Assembly: GCA_964584035.1 (NCBI GenBank)
Contig: CAZOYL010000044.1
Span: 1 to 18,699, forward strand
From: an uncultured Gemmatimonadota bacterium
GTDB taxonomy: Bacteria; SM23-81
Direction of reading: 5' to 3'
DNA: 18,699 nt
Each line of letters starts with the position of its first letter. Within the stretch, counting starts at the first letter, position 1. The notes beneath the pieces are model-generated. The model saw nothing but the letters and a program-made list of their open reading frames with translations. It searched no databases and had not been told where the DNA came from. Position numbers and translations under genes: made by a program. Of the stretch, positions 1-9,048 are shown in pieces.

Positions 1-374
1 AGAGGTACGTTCAACCGGGAGGAGATCTTCACGCCGGTCAGCTTCTCGATACTGCCTTTCAATCCCCGTGACAGGCAGGTTTTCTGCATGATCAGGTATT
101 CTCTATCATCGCTGAGCAGGTATATGGCGGTCCCGGAACAATGGAAGAGTTTCCTGGTCTCTCTGGTCAGGCAGTCGATGATCCTGTCCTGGCTCTCCCC
201 CCTGTTGACGGCCCGATTCAAGGTGTTGATCAGGCTCAGATCCTCGGCCCTGTGAAGCAGATCTCCGGCCAACCGCTGCTGGACCGTCTTGGCAGCCCTC
301 AACCGGGCCACCTGACCGCGCAGGCGGCCGATGGTTCTCACGGATTGAGCTCCGGGCGCTCCTGTATCCATCAT
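1..374 (-). CDS. GAF-domain signal transduction protein, N-terminal part (runs off the left edge; output domain not visible)
   Basis: Hand translation from ATG at 374 is open to the edge: MMDTGAPGAQSVRTIGRLRGQVARLRAAKTVQQRLAGDLLHRAEDLSLINTLNRAVNRGESQDRIIDCLTRETRKLFHCSGTAIYLLSDDREYLIM... This is a coiled-coil followed by the typical GAF helix-helix-strand opening. SD-like GGAAGGT 6 nt upstream. Absent from the ORF track because there is no stop in the window. Confidence 0.75.
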   Translation of the reverse strand, partial: MMDTGAPGAQSVRTIGRLRGQVARLRAAKTVQQRLAGDLLHRAEDLSLINTLNRAVNRGESQDRIIDCLTRETRKLFHCSGTAIYLLSDDREYLIMQKTCLSRGLKGSIEKLTGVKISSRLNVP

Positions 375-461
375 CTTACGACCTTCCCTGAAACACGGTC
401 TGTGCCCGACAGGATGACGATGCCCTCAACGACACATTCGGCGTATCACAAAGGATGATCA

Positions 462-478
462 TACAAATTCCATGCCGA
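462..478 (-). promoter_or_regulatory. Putative sigma-54 (-24/-12) promoter for the GAF gene
   Basis: Minus strand TCGGCATGGAATTTGTA vs consensus YTGGCACGRNNNTTGCW. GG-N10 spacing is correct but -12 reads GT rather than GC. AT-rich tract lies upstream. Confidence 0.4.
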
Positions 479-585
479 TTTCTTACAGGTTAGTATATTT
501 CTGTGTAAAATAATACGTCAGGGACCAACAGAAAACAAGGAATAAATTCTGACAGAGCGTCGGTTATCGTCTTATATTCATGTCC

Positions 586-604
586 TCTTTTGTCCTACAA
601 AAGA
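586..604. promoter_or_regulatory. Perfect 8-bp inverted repeat, candidate activator binding site
   Basis: TCTTTTGT-CCT-ACAAAAGA, about 110 bp upstream of the sigma-54-like motif. TGTCCT is also repeated at 581 and 591. Confidence 0.3.
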
Positions 605-708
605 ACGCAGAAAATACACACGCCGCCGAATGTCAACATCTCAGCAGCACAGGTTTAAAAATACCGATCACTTGTTGGGAAAGAAGACAGGAGCCGCTCG
701 ATAGAATT

Positions 709-1719
709 TCAGCAATGAAGCATACCGAATTTTCGCACCAGGAACGATAACCCGATGAGCTCGAGCGTGATCAGCGGCAAGGCCTGCATCAGGGAAAAGC
801 GCGAGAAGAGAAGACCGGTAGCGGCAAAGATCATCCCCATGCCATACATCAGCAGGACCGTCTGCCGGCTCTTCAGACCATGGGCCATCAGTTTGTCATA
901 ACTGTGATGGCGATCCCCGGGCAGGAGGGCTTTGGCGTTGATGATCCGGCGGATGACGGTCAGCCCGGTATCGAAGATGGGCAGTCCTAAGATGGCCACG
1001 GGAACCAGATAGGCCATCAAAGGGCTAGGGATCTGCAGAAACCTGATGGCCAGAACGGCCAACAGGAACCCCAGGAACAGGCTGCCGGAGTCGCCCAGGA
1101 AGATGGAGGCCGGGGAGAAATTGTACCATAAGAATCCCAGGGCACTCCCCACCAGACCGACGGAAAGAATCACTCCGAGAACATCTCCCCTGCGAAAAAA
1201 AAGGATGCCGAAGGCCGCGGCGGCGATGGCCGTCACCCCGGCGGCCAGGCCGTCGATCCCATCCAGCAGGTTCAGGGAATTACACGAGCCGACCACATAG
1301 AAGATGGTCAGCGCGACTGACAGGGCGGGAATGGAAGGAATATTGACCCGGGTGCCGAAGGCTATGAGCAGGACGGCGGCCGGGACCTGCACGAAAAAGC
1401 GATGATGCGGCTGCACTCCCCGGATGTCGTCGACCATGCCCAGAGCCAGCATCATCATGGCGCCGGCCAGAATGGGCAGCAGCTCATGCCCCAGACCGAC
1501 CTCTGCCAGACCGCCCCAGAGAACGCTGGCCAGAACGGCCAGCAGGAATCCGGTGAAGATGGCCACCCCGCCCAGACGGGGCGTGGGCCGGCGGTGTATC
1601 TGCAGATGGCTCCGGGGCACGTCGATGGCCCCGACCCGCCGGGCCAGACGCTGGACCGCAGGCACCATGGCAAAGGCCGCCAGAAAAGAGACGATCAGAG
1701 GAACAAGATATGTCAACAT
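709..1719 (-). CDS. wecA: Undecaprenyl-phosphate alpha-N-acetylhexosamine-1-phosphate transferase (WecA/TagO, PNPT/MraY family), priming transferase
   Basis: Polytopic membrane protein with family motifs IHRRPTPRLGGVAI, GMVDD, NSLNLLDGIDGLA, YNFSPASIFLGDSGS, PIFDT and DRHH. SD GAGGTG 7 nt before ATG. Confidence 0.9.
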   Translation of the reverse strand: MLTYLVPLIVSFLAAFAMVPAVQRLARRVGAIDVPRSHLQIHRRPTPRLGGVAIFTGFLLAVLASVLWGGLAEVGLGHELLPILAGAMMMLALGMVDDIRGVQPHHRFFVQVPAAVLLIAFGTRVNIPSIPALSVALTIFYVVGSCNSLNLLDGIDGLAAGVTAIAAAAFGILFFRRGDVLGVILSVGLVGSALGFLWYNFSPASIFLGDSGSLFLGFLLAVLAIRFLQIPSPLMAYLVPVAILGLPIFDTGLTVIRRIINAKALLPGDRHHSYDKLMAHGLKSRQTVLLMYGMGMIFAATGLLFSRFSLMQALPLITLELIGLSFLVRKFGMLHC

Positions 1720-1730
1720 CTACGATCACC

Positions 1731-2810
1731 TCACGATCGATAACCACCGATCCCAACACAGTTGAAGTCCGCCTCGACGAGTGCCTCAGCGGTGATATTC
1801 CGGACACCTGAAAGGGGCTTTTCTTTGCCCGGAAAGGTTTTCAGATTGGCCCACCAGTCCTGGTTATCGACGTACCACCGGATCGTCATCTCCAGCCCGC
1901 GGTCAAACGGTATCTGGGCCTCCCAACCCAGCAGCTCCCGGGCCCTGCGGGCGCAGGCGAAATGCCGGCGGACCTGGCCCCGCCGGTCCGGCAGGTGCTT
2001 GATCAATGATGCCGGCTTATCCAGAACCCTCAGGATCTTGTTGGTGATATCCACCACCCGGGTCTCCAGGCCGGTCCCGATGTTGAACACCTCGCCCACC
2101 ACCATATCCCGGTCGGCATCCATGGCTCGCATGAAGGCCCGGCAGGTATCCTCGGTGTGCAGCCAGTCCCTGGTGGAGCTGCCGTCCCCGTGCAACGGAA
2201 GCGGCCTGTCGTTTATCGCTCGAGAGACAAAACAGGGGATGAGCTTTTCGGTATGCTGGTTGGGACCGTAATTATTGAAAGGCCTGAGAATAATCACGGG
2301 CAATTTATAGGTCACGAAGTATGAGTAGGCCAGCCGATCGGCCCCGGCCTTGGTCCCGGCGTAAGGACTCTGCGGGTTCAGGGGGTGCTCCTCGGTCATG
2401 GGCACCGCCTGGGCCGATCCGTACACCTCGGAGCTGGAGACGTAGATGAACCGCTCCACCGAATATTTCTTGCAGGCATCCAGCAGCATCTGAGTTCCCT
2501 TGATATTGGTGTTGATGAACTCGTCACACCATAGGATGGAGTTGTCCACGTGGGTCTGAGCCGCCAGGTGCAGAACCACATCGGCCTCGCGGACACATTC
2601 CTCCACCGTTTCCCGGTCGCGGATATCTCCGAGGCGGAAACGGAACCGGGGGTTTTCCCAGCTCTCCTGGTGAATACTGTGCAAATTCCCGGCGTAGGTG
2701 AGGCCATCCAGGACGATGATGCGATCGTCGGGGTATTCTTTCAGCACGCGGTTGACGAAGTTGCTGCCGATAAATCCGGCGCCGCCGGTCACCAGTATGG
2801 TCCTCATCAT
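1731..2810 (-). CDS. NAD-dependent NDP-sugar 4,6-dehydratase (extended SDR, RmlB-like scaffold)
   Basis: TGGAGFIG, LDGLTYAGNL, HLAAQTHVDNSI, SSSEVYG, YxxxK (YAGTK), NNYGPNQHTEKLIP, RDWLH. SD AAGGAGG; the second ATG (2807) may be the true start. Confidence 0.88.
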   Translation of the reverse strand: MMRTILVTGGAGFIGSNFVNRVLKEYPDDRIIVLDGLTYAGNLHSIHQESWENPRFRFRLGDIRDRETVEECVREADVVLHLAAQTHVDNSILWCDEFINTNIKGTQMLLDACKKYSVERFIYVSSSEVYGSAQAVPMTEEHPLNPQSPYAGTKAGADRLAYSYFVTYKLPVIILRPFNNYGPNQHTEKLIPCFVSRAINDRPLPLHGDGSSTRDWLHTEDTCRAFMRAMDADRDMVVGEVFNIGTGLETRVVDITNKILRVLDKPASLIKHLPDRRGQVRRHFACARRARELLGWEAQIPFDRGLEMTIRWYVDNQDWWANLKTFPGKEKPLSGVRNITAEALVEADFNCVGIGGYRS

Positions 2811-3099
2811 GCCTCCTTTTTCAGCCTGGCCAGAGACTGGCTATCGATTCGATATGATATCATTCTGGTCCCGATCACGATGCCGCAGCCGGTGAAACAG
2901 AAAACCCCCTTTTCCATGGCAGCCCGGCATATGAAAAGTATCAGAGCAGAAATGACACCAATAAAGATCTTCTTTGGTCTGATATTTTTGTAGGAATTTA
3001 CATCGACGAGTTGTGGTTTTTCGTCTGACAGAAGGATCTGGGGAAATGAGGGGCATCTGGCTTTGGTGGTGAATACATGGAAGGACACGGATGTCGGCA

Positions 3100-4290
3100 T
3101 CAGACCGCATAGCTCTCTCGTCGGGCCTCGACCTGATAGTGGTGTAACCGCCGGATGGCGTGGGCGATCTTCTCGACCGTCTCCCGGTCCATGCCGGAGC
3201 TCATGGGCAGGCACAGGATATTTGCAGAAAGAGCCTCGGTGACCGGCAGCCGGGGACCGGATCGATCCCGCCGGTGAGCGTAAATACGATGCCGGTGCAG
3301 GGGCGGATAGAAATATTTCCGGGTGACGATGTTCTCCAACTGCAGGGCCAGGTGCAATTCGTCCCGGCTCATGCCGAATTCTTTCGGCGCGATCAGGATG
3401 GAGAAAAACTGATAGGAGCTTTTGCAGCCCGGGCTCAGCCGTTGGAACGACAATCCGGGGATATCTTTCAGCTGCTGCCGGTAATATCGCGCCGTCTCGT
3501 TCCGGCGGCGGATCCACTCCTCCATCCGGGGCAACCCCTCCAGACCCAGAATGGCGCTGAACTCGGTCATCTTGGCGTTGAGTCCGGCAAAACGGCAGTC
3601 GTCATCGCCGGGATGGCCGAAGTTGCGCCCCCAGGAGATCCGTTCCGCCAGGCTCTCGTTTCCCGTGCACACCGCACCGCCCTCGCCGGCGGCCAGGGTC
3701 TTGGTGGCATGGAAGCTGAAAACCTCCGCATCGCCGAATCCTCCGATCTTCTTGCCCCGGTACATGGCGCCGAAGGCGTGAGCGGAATCGAAGATCAATT
3801 TGAGCCCGTGCTCCCGGGCCAGCGCCTCCAGCGCCGCGATATCGCAGGGGTTTCCGTAGACGTGCACGGCCAGGATGGCCGTGGTGGATGGGGTCACCGC
3901 CTCGGCCGCCAGACGGGGATCAAGGTTATAGGTCTGAGGGTCGATGTCCACGAATACGGGTTTCAATCCATTCCAGGCCAGAGCATGTGCCGTGGCGCAG
4001 AAGGTGAAGCTGGGAACGATAACGTCTCCCTTCAGATCGAGGGCCTGGAGCGCCAGCATGAGGCCCAGAGTGGCGTTGGCCACGGCTGACACGTGCGGTC
4101 CTCCCAGATAGGCGGCCACCTCCTGCTCGAATCGGCGAACGTACCTGGAGTGGTTGGTCAGGTCGCCGGTGGTCAGAATCTCCGAGACGCGGGAGCGGAT
4201 CTCCTCCATCGTCGGCAGCATCGGCGCAACGATATTTACCCGGTGCTCGAAGATGGGCCTGCCGCCCAATATGGCCGGTTTCCGTCTCAT
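3100..4290 (-). CDS. DegT/DnrJ/EryC1/StrS-family PLP-dependent sugar aminotransferase (VioA/DesI-like 4-aminotransferase)
   Basis: NATLGL, VIVPSFTFCATAHA, PVFVDID, VHVYGNPCD, IFDSAHAFG, catalytic Lys in FSFHATK, GEGGA, GLNAKM, RKYFYPPLH, ILCLPM. Confidence 0.92.
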   Translation of the reverse strand: MRRKPAILGGRPIFEHRVNIVAPMLPTMEEIRSRVSEILTTGDLTNHSRYVRRFEQEVAAYLGGPHVSAVANATLGLMLALQALDLKGDVIVPSFTFCATAHALAWNGLKPVFVDIDPQTYNLDPRLAAEAVTPSTTAILAVHVYGNPCDIAALEALAREHGLKLIFDSAHAFGAMYRGKKIGGFGDAEVFSFHATKTLAAGEGGAVCTGNESLAERISWGRNFGHPGDDDCRFAGLNAKMTEFSAILGLEGLPRMEEWIRRRNETARYYRQQLKDIPGLSFQRLSPGCKSSYQFFSILIAPKEFGMSRDELHLALQLENIVTRKYFYPPLHRHRIYAHRRDRSGPRLPVTEALSANILCLPMSSGMDRETVEKIAHAIRRLHHYQVEARRESYAV

Positions 4291-4296
4291 GCCATC

Positions 4297-5379
4297 CTAC
4301 TTGAAAATGTCCAGGTTTCTGCCCCGGGCCCGGCGCGCCGCCAGTCGCACCAGCCCCCACCAGGAGCCGGCACCGTAACACAGATGCAGGGTACAGTAAC
4401 TGAAGGGTAAAATGGGCAGCAGCAGCAGGCCGTTCTTGACCGCATCGCGTATTGAGAAAACCAGAACGGCGGTCAAGTAGATGCCGGCGCCGGCCAGCAA
4501 CAGGCGGGCCCAGGTTCGGCCGAAGGGAGCCAGTATGAGGAGCGCCAGCAGCCCGGCGACGAAGATGAAGGGGACCAGATGACGCACCGACAGGGCGTGA
4601 TAATCGACGAATAGCGACTGCATCACCGCCATGCCGTTGCCGAAATTCTGGTGCCACAGTGCCCGCAGGCTATTTCTGGGCACATAATAGGCCATCGCCT
4701 CGGGACACAGATAGACCCCGTATCCCAGCCCCCTGATCCGGGCATCCAGGTCGATGTCGTGGCTGCGCTCCAGCTCCCGGCGGTATCCGCCCAGCTGGTC
4801 GAGGATGAATTTCCAGTAGCAGCCCAGCCAGCCATGATCCACCCAGCCCCTCATCCGGGTGCGGCGATACCGGGCTCCTCCGATGCCCAGCCGGGAGTGG
4901 TGCAGGGCGGCGATGACCCTGGCGATCAGGCCATGGGGGCACCGTGTCCGTACGACACTGCCGGCATTGGCCGCCCCCGTCTCCACCAGGCATTTGATCA
5001 ACTGGCTGATATAGTCCTTTTCATACTCGGCATGGGCGTCGGCGAACAGAACGACCTCGCCCCGGGCCTCGCGGATGCCGCTGTTGCGGGCCGGCACCTG
5101 GAGCTTTCGAGGGTTGTCCAGCAGGCGGATATGTCTCGGGCCGCCCTCGGGCCGCTGTTCATGCCGCCGTAAAGACTCGATGAGACTCCGGACGATGCTC
5201 CGGGTCCCGTCCTGTGACATCCCGTCGACCACGATGATTTCCTCGACGTTGACATAATCCTGCTCCATCAGGGCCTGCAGCGATCCTCGGATATGCTCCT
5301 GCTCATTGCGGATGGGCATGACGATGGAGACCGATGGGACGCTGCTCTCCGGTTTGACGAAGCGAAAGGGTTCATCCAT
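4297..5379 (-). CDS. GT2 family glycosyltransferase, succinoglycan ExoA-like, with C-terminal TM helices
   Basis: VSIVMPIRNE, VVDGMSQDGT, LDNP, ARNSGIREARGE, ADAH, GGY, hydrophobic C-terminus. SD GGAGG; 8-nt overlap with the upstream gene. Confidence 0.88.
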   Translation of the reverse strand: MDEPFRFVKPESSVPSVSIVMPIRNEQEHIRGSLQALMEQDYVNVEEIIVVDGMSQDGTRSIVRSLIESLRRHEQRPEGGPRHIRLLDNPRKLQVPARNSGIREARGEVVLFADAHAEYEKDYISQLIKCLVETGAANAGSVVRTRCPHGLIARVIAALHHSRLGIGGARYRRTRMRGWVDHGWLGCYWKFILDQLGGYRRELERSHDIDLDARIRGLGYGVYLCPEAMAYYVPRNSLRALWHQNFGNGMAVMQSLFVDYHALSVRHLVPFIFVAGLLALLILAPFGRTWARLLLAGAGIYLTAVLVFSIRDAVKNGLLLLPILPFSYCTLHLCYGAGSWWGLVRLAARRARGRNLDIFK

Positions 5380-7714
5380 GAGAAGCCTCCAGCTCCCGAT
5401 AGGCTCGGAAGATCTCGCTCATGGATCTGCGCCAATTGTATTTCTCCTCGACCGCCCTGCGGCCGTTCCGGCCCATTTGTTGTCTCAGGCCGGGATCGCC
5501 GATCAGAACTTCGGCGGCCGAAGCGATGTCCTTTGGGGTGACCCGGTCGATGAGCAGCCCGCAGCGCTCCCGTCGAACAATTGTGGCCGTTCCGGCGATA
5601 TCGGTGGCGATGACGGGGACGCCGAAACTGAGGGATTCGAACAACTTGGTCGGCGTGGAGATGTTCTCCTGCCAGGTATCCGGATGGGCGGTCATGACGG
5701 CGATATCCAGACGTGAATAGTATCGCGGCAGACTTTCATAATCGTATCCCGGAATGAACTCGGCGCCATTGTCCAGGGCGGCGATCCGGCGTCTGATGGT
5801 CTCAACATCTCCCCCGCCGGAACGCCCTGCGACCATCAGCCTGATTCCGGGATACCGCTCGCGGAGCTGGATATAGGCTGCGATGAGCTCCTCCACCCCC
5901 GAGTGGGCGTGCAGAGCACCGATACGGCCGATGGTGATATGAGTGTTCTGGCCCGGCTTGATCTCCCCGTGAAGCTGGTCAGCTTCCGGATAATTGGGCG
6001 CGAAGACAATATGGCGAAGACCCATCCGCCGGTACTTCATCCGCTGCCGGGTATAGACCGTGATCACACAGCGGGCGCGAGGGGCCAGCACTCGTTCCAG
6101 AATCCTGCCCAGACCCATGGTGAATCGGGTCAGAACGTGGGTGTCGGCGAAATAGACCGGCTCGTGGGCATCGAAGATGAGCCGGCTGCCGGTCAGCCAT
6201 GATGCCAGCACACCCACCGGGAGGGTGTCCAGATCATGGCAGTGAACGATTCGGTAACGGCCTTTACGGATGCGGCCGAGAGCCTTCCATGAAAACACCA
6301 GCCATCCGGGCAGCTGCCACAGCCCATGCTCGTAGGTCGCCGGCACCCGGATCCGCTCCACGGCGAATCCATCCTGCTGCCGGCGGCGGGGGTGGGAGCA
6401 CTCCCGGTCCCAGGCGTATACGGTGACATGGTACCCCTTGCCGGCCAGAGCCCGGGCTTCCTTGTCGACCCGGGGATCCGGCGCCATAGGATTGGTCAGC
6501 ACCATGGCCACCTGGCTGTCGCCCGCTGCCCGGCGGCGGCCGCTTCCGGCCGATGGAATACTCTGATAAGAGCGGAGATATCGTTCCGCCACCCGCCCCC
6601 AGGTGAAGCGGTCACGGGCGGTGGCCTGCCCGCGCCGGGCCAGCTCCCCGCTGAGCCGGGGATGATGCCAGAGCATCTCCATACCCGCCAGAAGCGCCCC
6701 GACGGATTCGGGGTTCACCAGGAGACCGTTTTCCCCGTGCTCGATGATCTCCGGCACACCGCCCACCCGGGCGGCCACCACCGGCTTCCCGGCGGCCATG
6801 GCCTCCAGGACGACGATGCCGAAGGGCTCCTGGCGAGAGGGCAGAATGAAGAACCGACAGCCCCTGATCAGGTCCACCACCTGGCGGTGATCCACGCTGC
6901 CCAGGAATCTGACGCGCTCCGCCAGTCCCAGATGAACAGCCAGCCGGCGGCAGGTTTCCAGTTCCTCTCCGCCACCGGCCAGCAGCAGATCCACCCCGGG
7001 ATTCCTCCGGGCGAACCGGGCGAAGGCCTGGACCAGCAGGTCGAACCCCTTCTTGTGGACGAACCGGCCGACCGAGAGAATATAGGGTCTGGGATGGCCA
7101 AAGCCGCCCCGGCCGGCGAATTCCCCCACCTCGACGCCGTTACCGACCACCGCGGACCTTTTCCCGGCCGCTGGCTGTAAACCTTTCGTCTCGTTGAGCA
7201 TGGCTGCGGAGTTGGCCAGCACGACATCGGCCGTGCGCAGCGTTCGGCGCACCAGCCAGCGAGCCAGCCTGGAGACGCCGGCATCGCGCTGAATGTCGGC
7301 CCCGTGAACGGTGACGATCAGGCGGAAGGGCATCAGCCGGCGCCACAGCAGGGCATAGAAAGCATTGGCCCCGACATAGTGCAGGTTGACCACATGCGGC
7401 CGGAAGGCTCGCCCCAGCCGCATCAACCGGAACAGGTTGTAAAGAGAGAACCCCGGCAGAAGGACCCACTTGAGGGCGGCCTTGAACGATGACCGTCCCC
7501 GGGGACCCAGGTTCACATGGGGAAAGAAAAGGGGCAGCCGAAGGACCTCGATGCCATCGATGCGTTCCCGTTCCGGCACCCGTGGTGAATGTCGTGTGGT
7601 CACGATCCGTACAGAACAGCCGCGCCTGGTCAGCTCCCGGGCCAGATGGGCCACGGCGAACTCGACGCCGCCGATACGGGGCAGGTAGTATGCCGGCATG
7701 AGGAGAACTCTCAA
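5372..7714 (-). CDS. Fusion of two complete GT4 (GT-B) glycosyltransferases, about 780 aa
   Basis: Domain 1: YYLPRIGGVE, TVHGAD, VGRFVHKKG, EPFGIVVLEAMAAGKPVV. Domain 2: DPRVDKEARAL, HCHDLDTL, FDAHE, PTKLFESLSFGVPVI. Start revised from 7759 to TTG at 7714, which has GGAGGAGG 7 nt upstream and a TTGA overlap with the wzy-like stop. Confidence 0.88.
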   Translation of the reverse strand: MRVLLMPAYYLPRIGGVEFAVAHLARELTRRGCSVRIVTTRHSPRVPERERIDGIEVLRLPLFFPHVNLGPRGRSSFKAALKWVLLPGFSLYNLFRLMRLGRAFRPHVVNLHYVGANAFYALLWRRLMPFRLIVTVHGADIQRDAGVSRLARWLVRRTLRTADVVLANSAAMLNETKGLQPAAGKRSAVVGNGVEVGEFAGRGGFGHPRPYILSVGRFVHKKGFDLLVQAFARFARRNPGVDLLLAGGGEELETCRRLAVHLGLAERVRFLGSVDHRQVVDLIRGCRFFILPSRQEPFGIVVLEAMAAGKPVVAARVGGVPEIIEHGENGLLVNPESVGALLAGMEMLWHHPRLSGELARRGQATARDRFTWGRVAERYLRSYQSIPSAGSGRRRAAGDSQVAMVLTNPMAPDPRVDKEARALAGKGYHVTVYAWDRECSHPRRRQQDGFAVERIRVPATYEHGLWQLPGWLVFSWKALGRIRKGRYRIVHCHDLDTLPVGVLASWLTGSRLIFDAHEPVYFADTHVLTRFTMGLGRILERVLAPRARCVITVYTRQRMKYRRMGLRHIVFAPNYPEADQLHGEIKPGQNTHITIGRIGALHAHSGVEELIAAYIQLRERYPGIRLMVAGRSGGGDVETIRRRIAALDNGAEFIPGYDYESLPRYYSRLDIAVMTAHPDTWQENISTPTKLFESLSFGVPVIATDIAGTATIVRRERCGLLIDRVTPKDIASAAEVLIGDPGLRQQMGRNGRRAVEEKYNWRRSMSEIFRAYRELEASHG

Positions 7715-9048
7715 CGGACCGCCTCCTCCCTGGTAGTATGGTGGCTGTTGATCACGCAAAGGGCACAGGCGAACAGATACCAGATGTATTTTTGCGAGAT
7801 CAACCAGCTGGGGCCGGCGGAAGCCACCAGAAAACCGGTCAGAGAGAGCAATAAACCCTCCGAGAATATGCGCTGTATTCCGGAGGGCGACCAGCGGAAG
7901 ACCCGCAGCAGATTAACCAGAATGCTCGCGTAAAACACCAGATACAGACAGAATATGAACAGGCCGTAATTCATCAGTATTTCGGCCCACCAGTTGTGCG
8001 GGTTGACATACTCTTCCGCGTAATATTCCGGCGTCATAGTGATATACTGCCCGGCATTTCCGGCTCCCACTCCGAGGAAGCGGGTATCGACCATGGACCT
8101 GATGACATCCTCAAGCAACGTGATCCGCACCCTGATGGGCAGATCGGCGGTGTTGCGCAAAGAAAGTATGCCGGTGGAGAAACTGTCATAGATGCTCCGG
8201 CCGGTCGAGGCGGCCGGATCGCCTAAGAAAGGAAAGGCCAGGCCCAGAGGGATGGCGATGATGAGAAGAATGGCCACCGTCTGAACCAATTTGGCTCTTC
8301 GACGGCCGCCCAGGAAAACGGCGATCAGGACCATTTCCAGCAGCAGCGTGACCATGGCCGCCCGGGTCAAGTTGATGGCGGTGAAAAAGAAGGCGCTCAG
8401 GGCCAGGAAGATCCCCAGGGTCTTGATGAAAAATCTCCGCGAATATTTGATCAACAGATAGGCAAAAGGGAATATGATCGCCAGGAATGCAGCGTAGTCA
8501 TTGGGATTGACGAAAATAGCCGTGACCACCTTTTTTCCGGCGAACTCTGCATCGTTGGCCCGGGAAATGCCCACATGCCAACCGCTGCCGTACTCGACGA
8601 TGCCGATCAGAACCGCCACCACGGCCACCAGGATCCACAGCCAGAAGAGACGGCGAATATCATCATCGTGGTTGAACAACAGCACGGTGAAGAAAATGGT
8701 GGCCAGGCCGCCGAACAGGAAAAAGATGTGCCGGAGGGCATCTGTCGCAGAAACAGCCCAGATGATCGAGACCACCGCCCAGATGAGCCACAGCCCCAGG
8801 AACAGCAAATATCGTTTGATATGAATTCGGACGCCCAGCCGGCCCCTGGAGATGAACAAACAGAGCAGCAGTAGATAGAGATAAACGGGAAATAGTGCCC
8901 GGAAGGGGACGATGTGAAATCCCCGATAGGGCACGCTGAGCACCGCCGGCCCCAGAATAGAGAAAAACAGCACCACCAGCCAGGCGGTCTTCAGAAACCG
9001 CAAGCAGGTCACGCTGCGCGGATCGACATCACGCCCGGCAATTCGCAT
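7711..9048 (-). CDS. O-antigen ligase/Wzy_C family membrane protein (TuaE-like), probable Wzy polymerase of the cluster
   Basis: Many TM segments; FVNPNDYA, TRAA, GVGAGN and NPHNWWAEILMNYG motifs. Start revised from 9159 to ATG at 9048 (GAGGTG 7 nt upstream). Polymerase role is inferred from the wzx/wzc context. Confidence 0.82.
   Translation of the reverse strand: MRIAGRDVDPRSVTCLRFLKTAWLVVLFFSILGPAVLSVPYRGFHIVPFRALFPVYLYLLLLCLFISRGRLGVRIHIKRYLLFLGLWLIWAVVSIIWAVSATDALRHIFFLFGGLATIFFTVLLFNHDDDIRRLFWLWILVAVVAVLIGIVEYGSGWHVGISRANDAEFAGKKVVTAIFVNPNDYAAFLAIIFPFAYLLIKYSRRFFIKTLGIFLALSAFFFTAINLTRAAMVTLLLEMVLIAVFLGGRRRAKLVQTVAILLIIAIPLGLAFPFLGDPAASTGRSIYDSFSTGILSLRNTADLPIRVRITLLEDVIRSMVDTRFLGVGAGNAGQYITMTPEYYAEEYVNPHNWWAEILMNYGLFIFCLYLVFYASILVNLLRVFRWSPSGIQRIFSEGLLLSLTGFLVASAGPSWLISQKYIWYLFACALCVINSHHTTREEAVR

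Noticed and set aside
141..458. 105-aa plus-strand ORF
   Set aside because: Antisense to the GAF-domain frame, which has an SD and domain-like sequence; no motif of its own.
2807..3517. Minus-strand ORFs 2807-3517 and 2841-3110 spanning the degT-dehydratase gap
   Set aside because: The first overlaps the aminotransferase out of frame; neither has recognisable motifs or protein-like composition.
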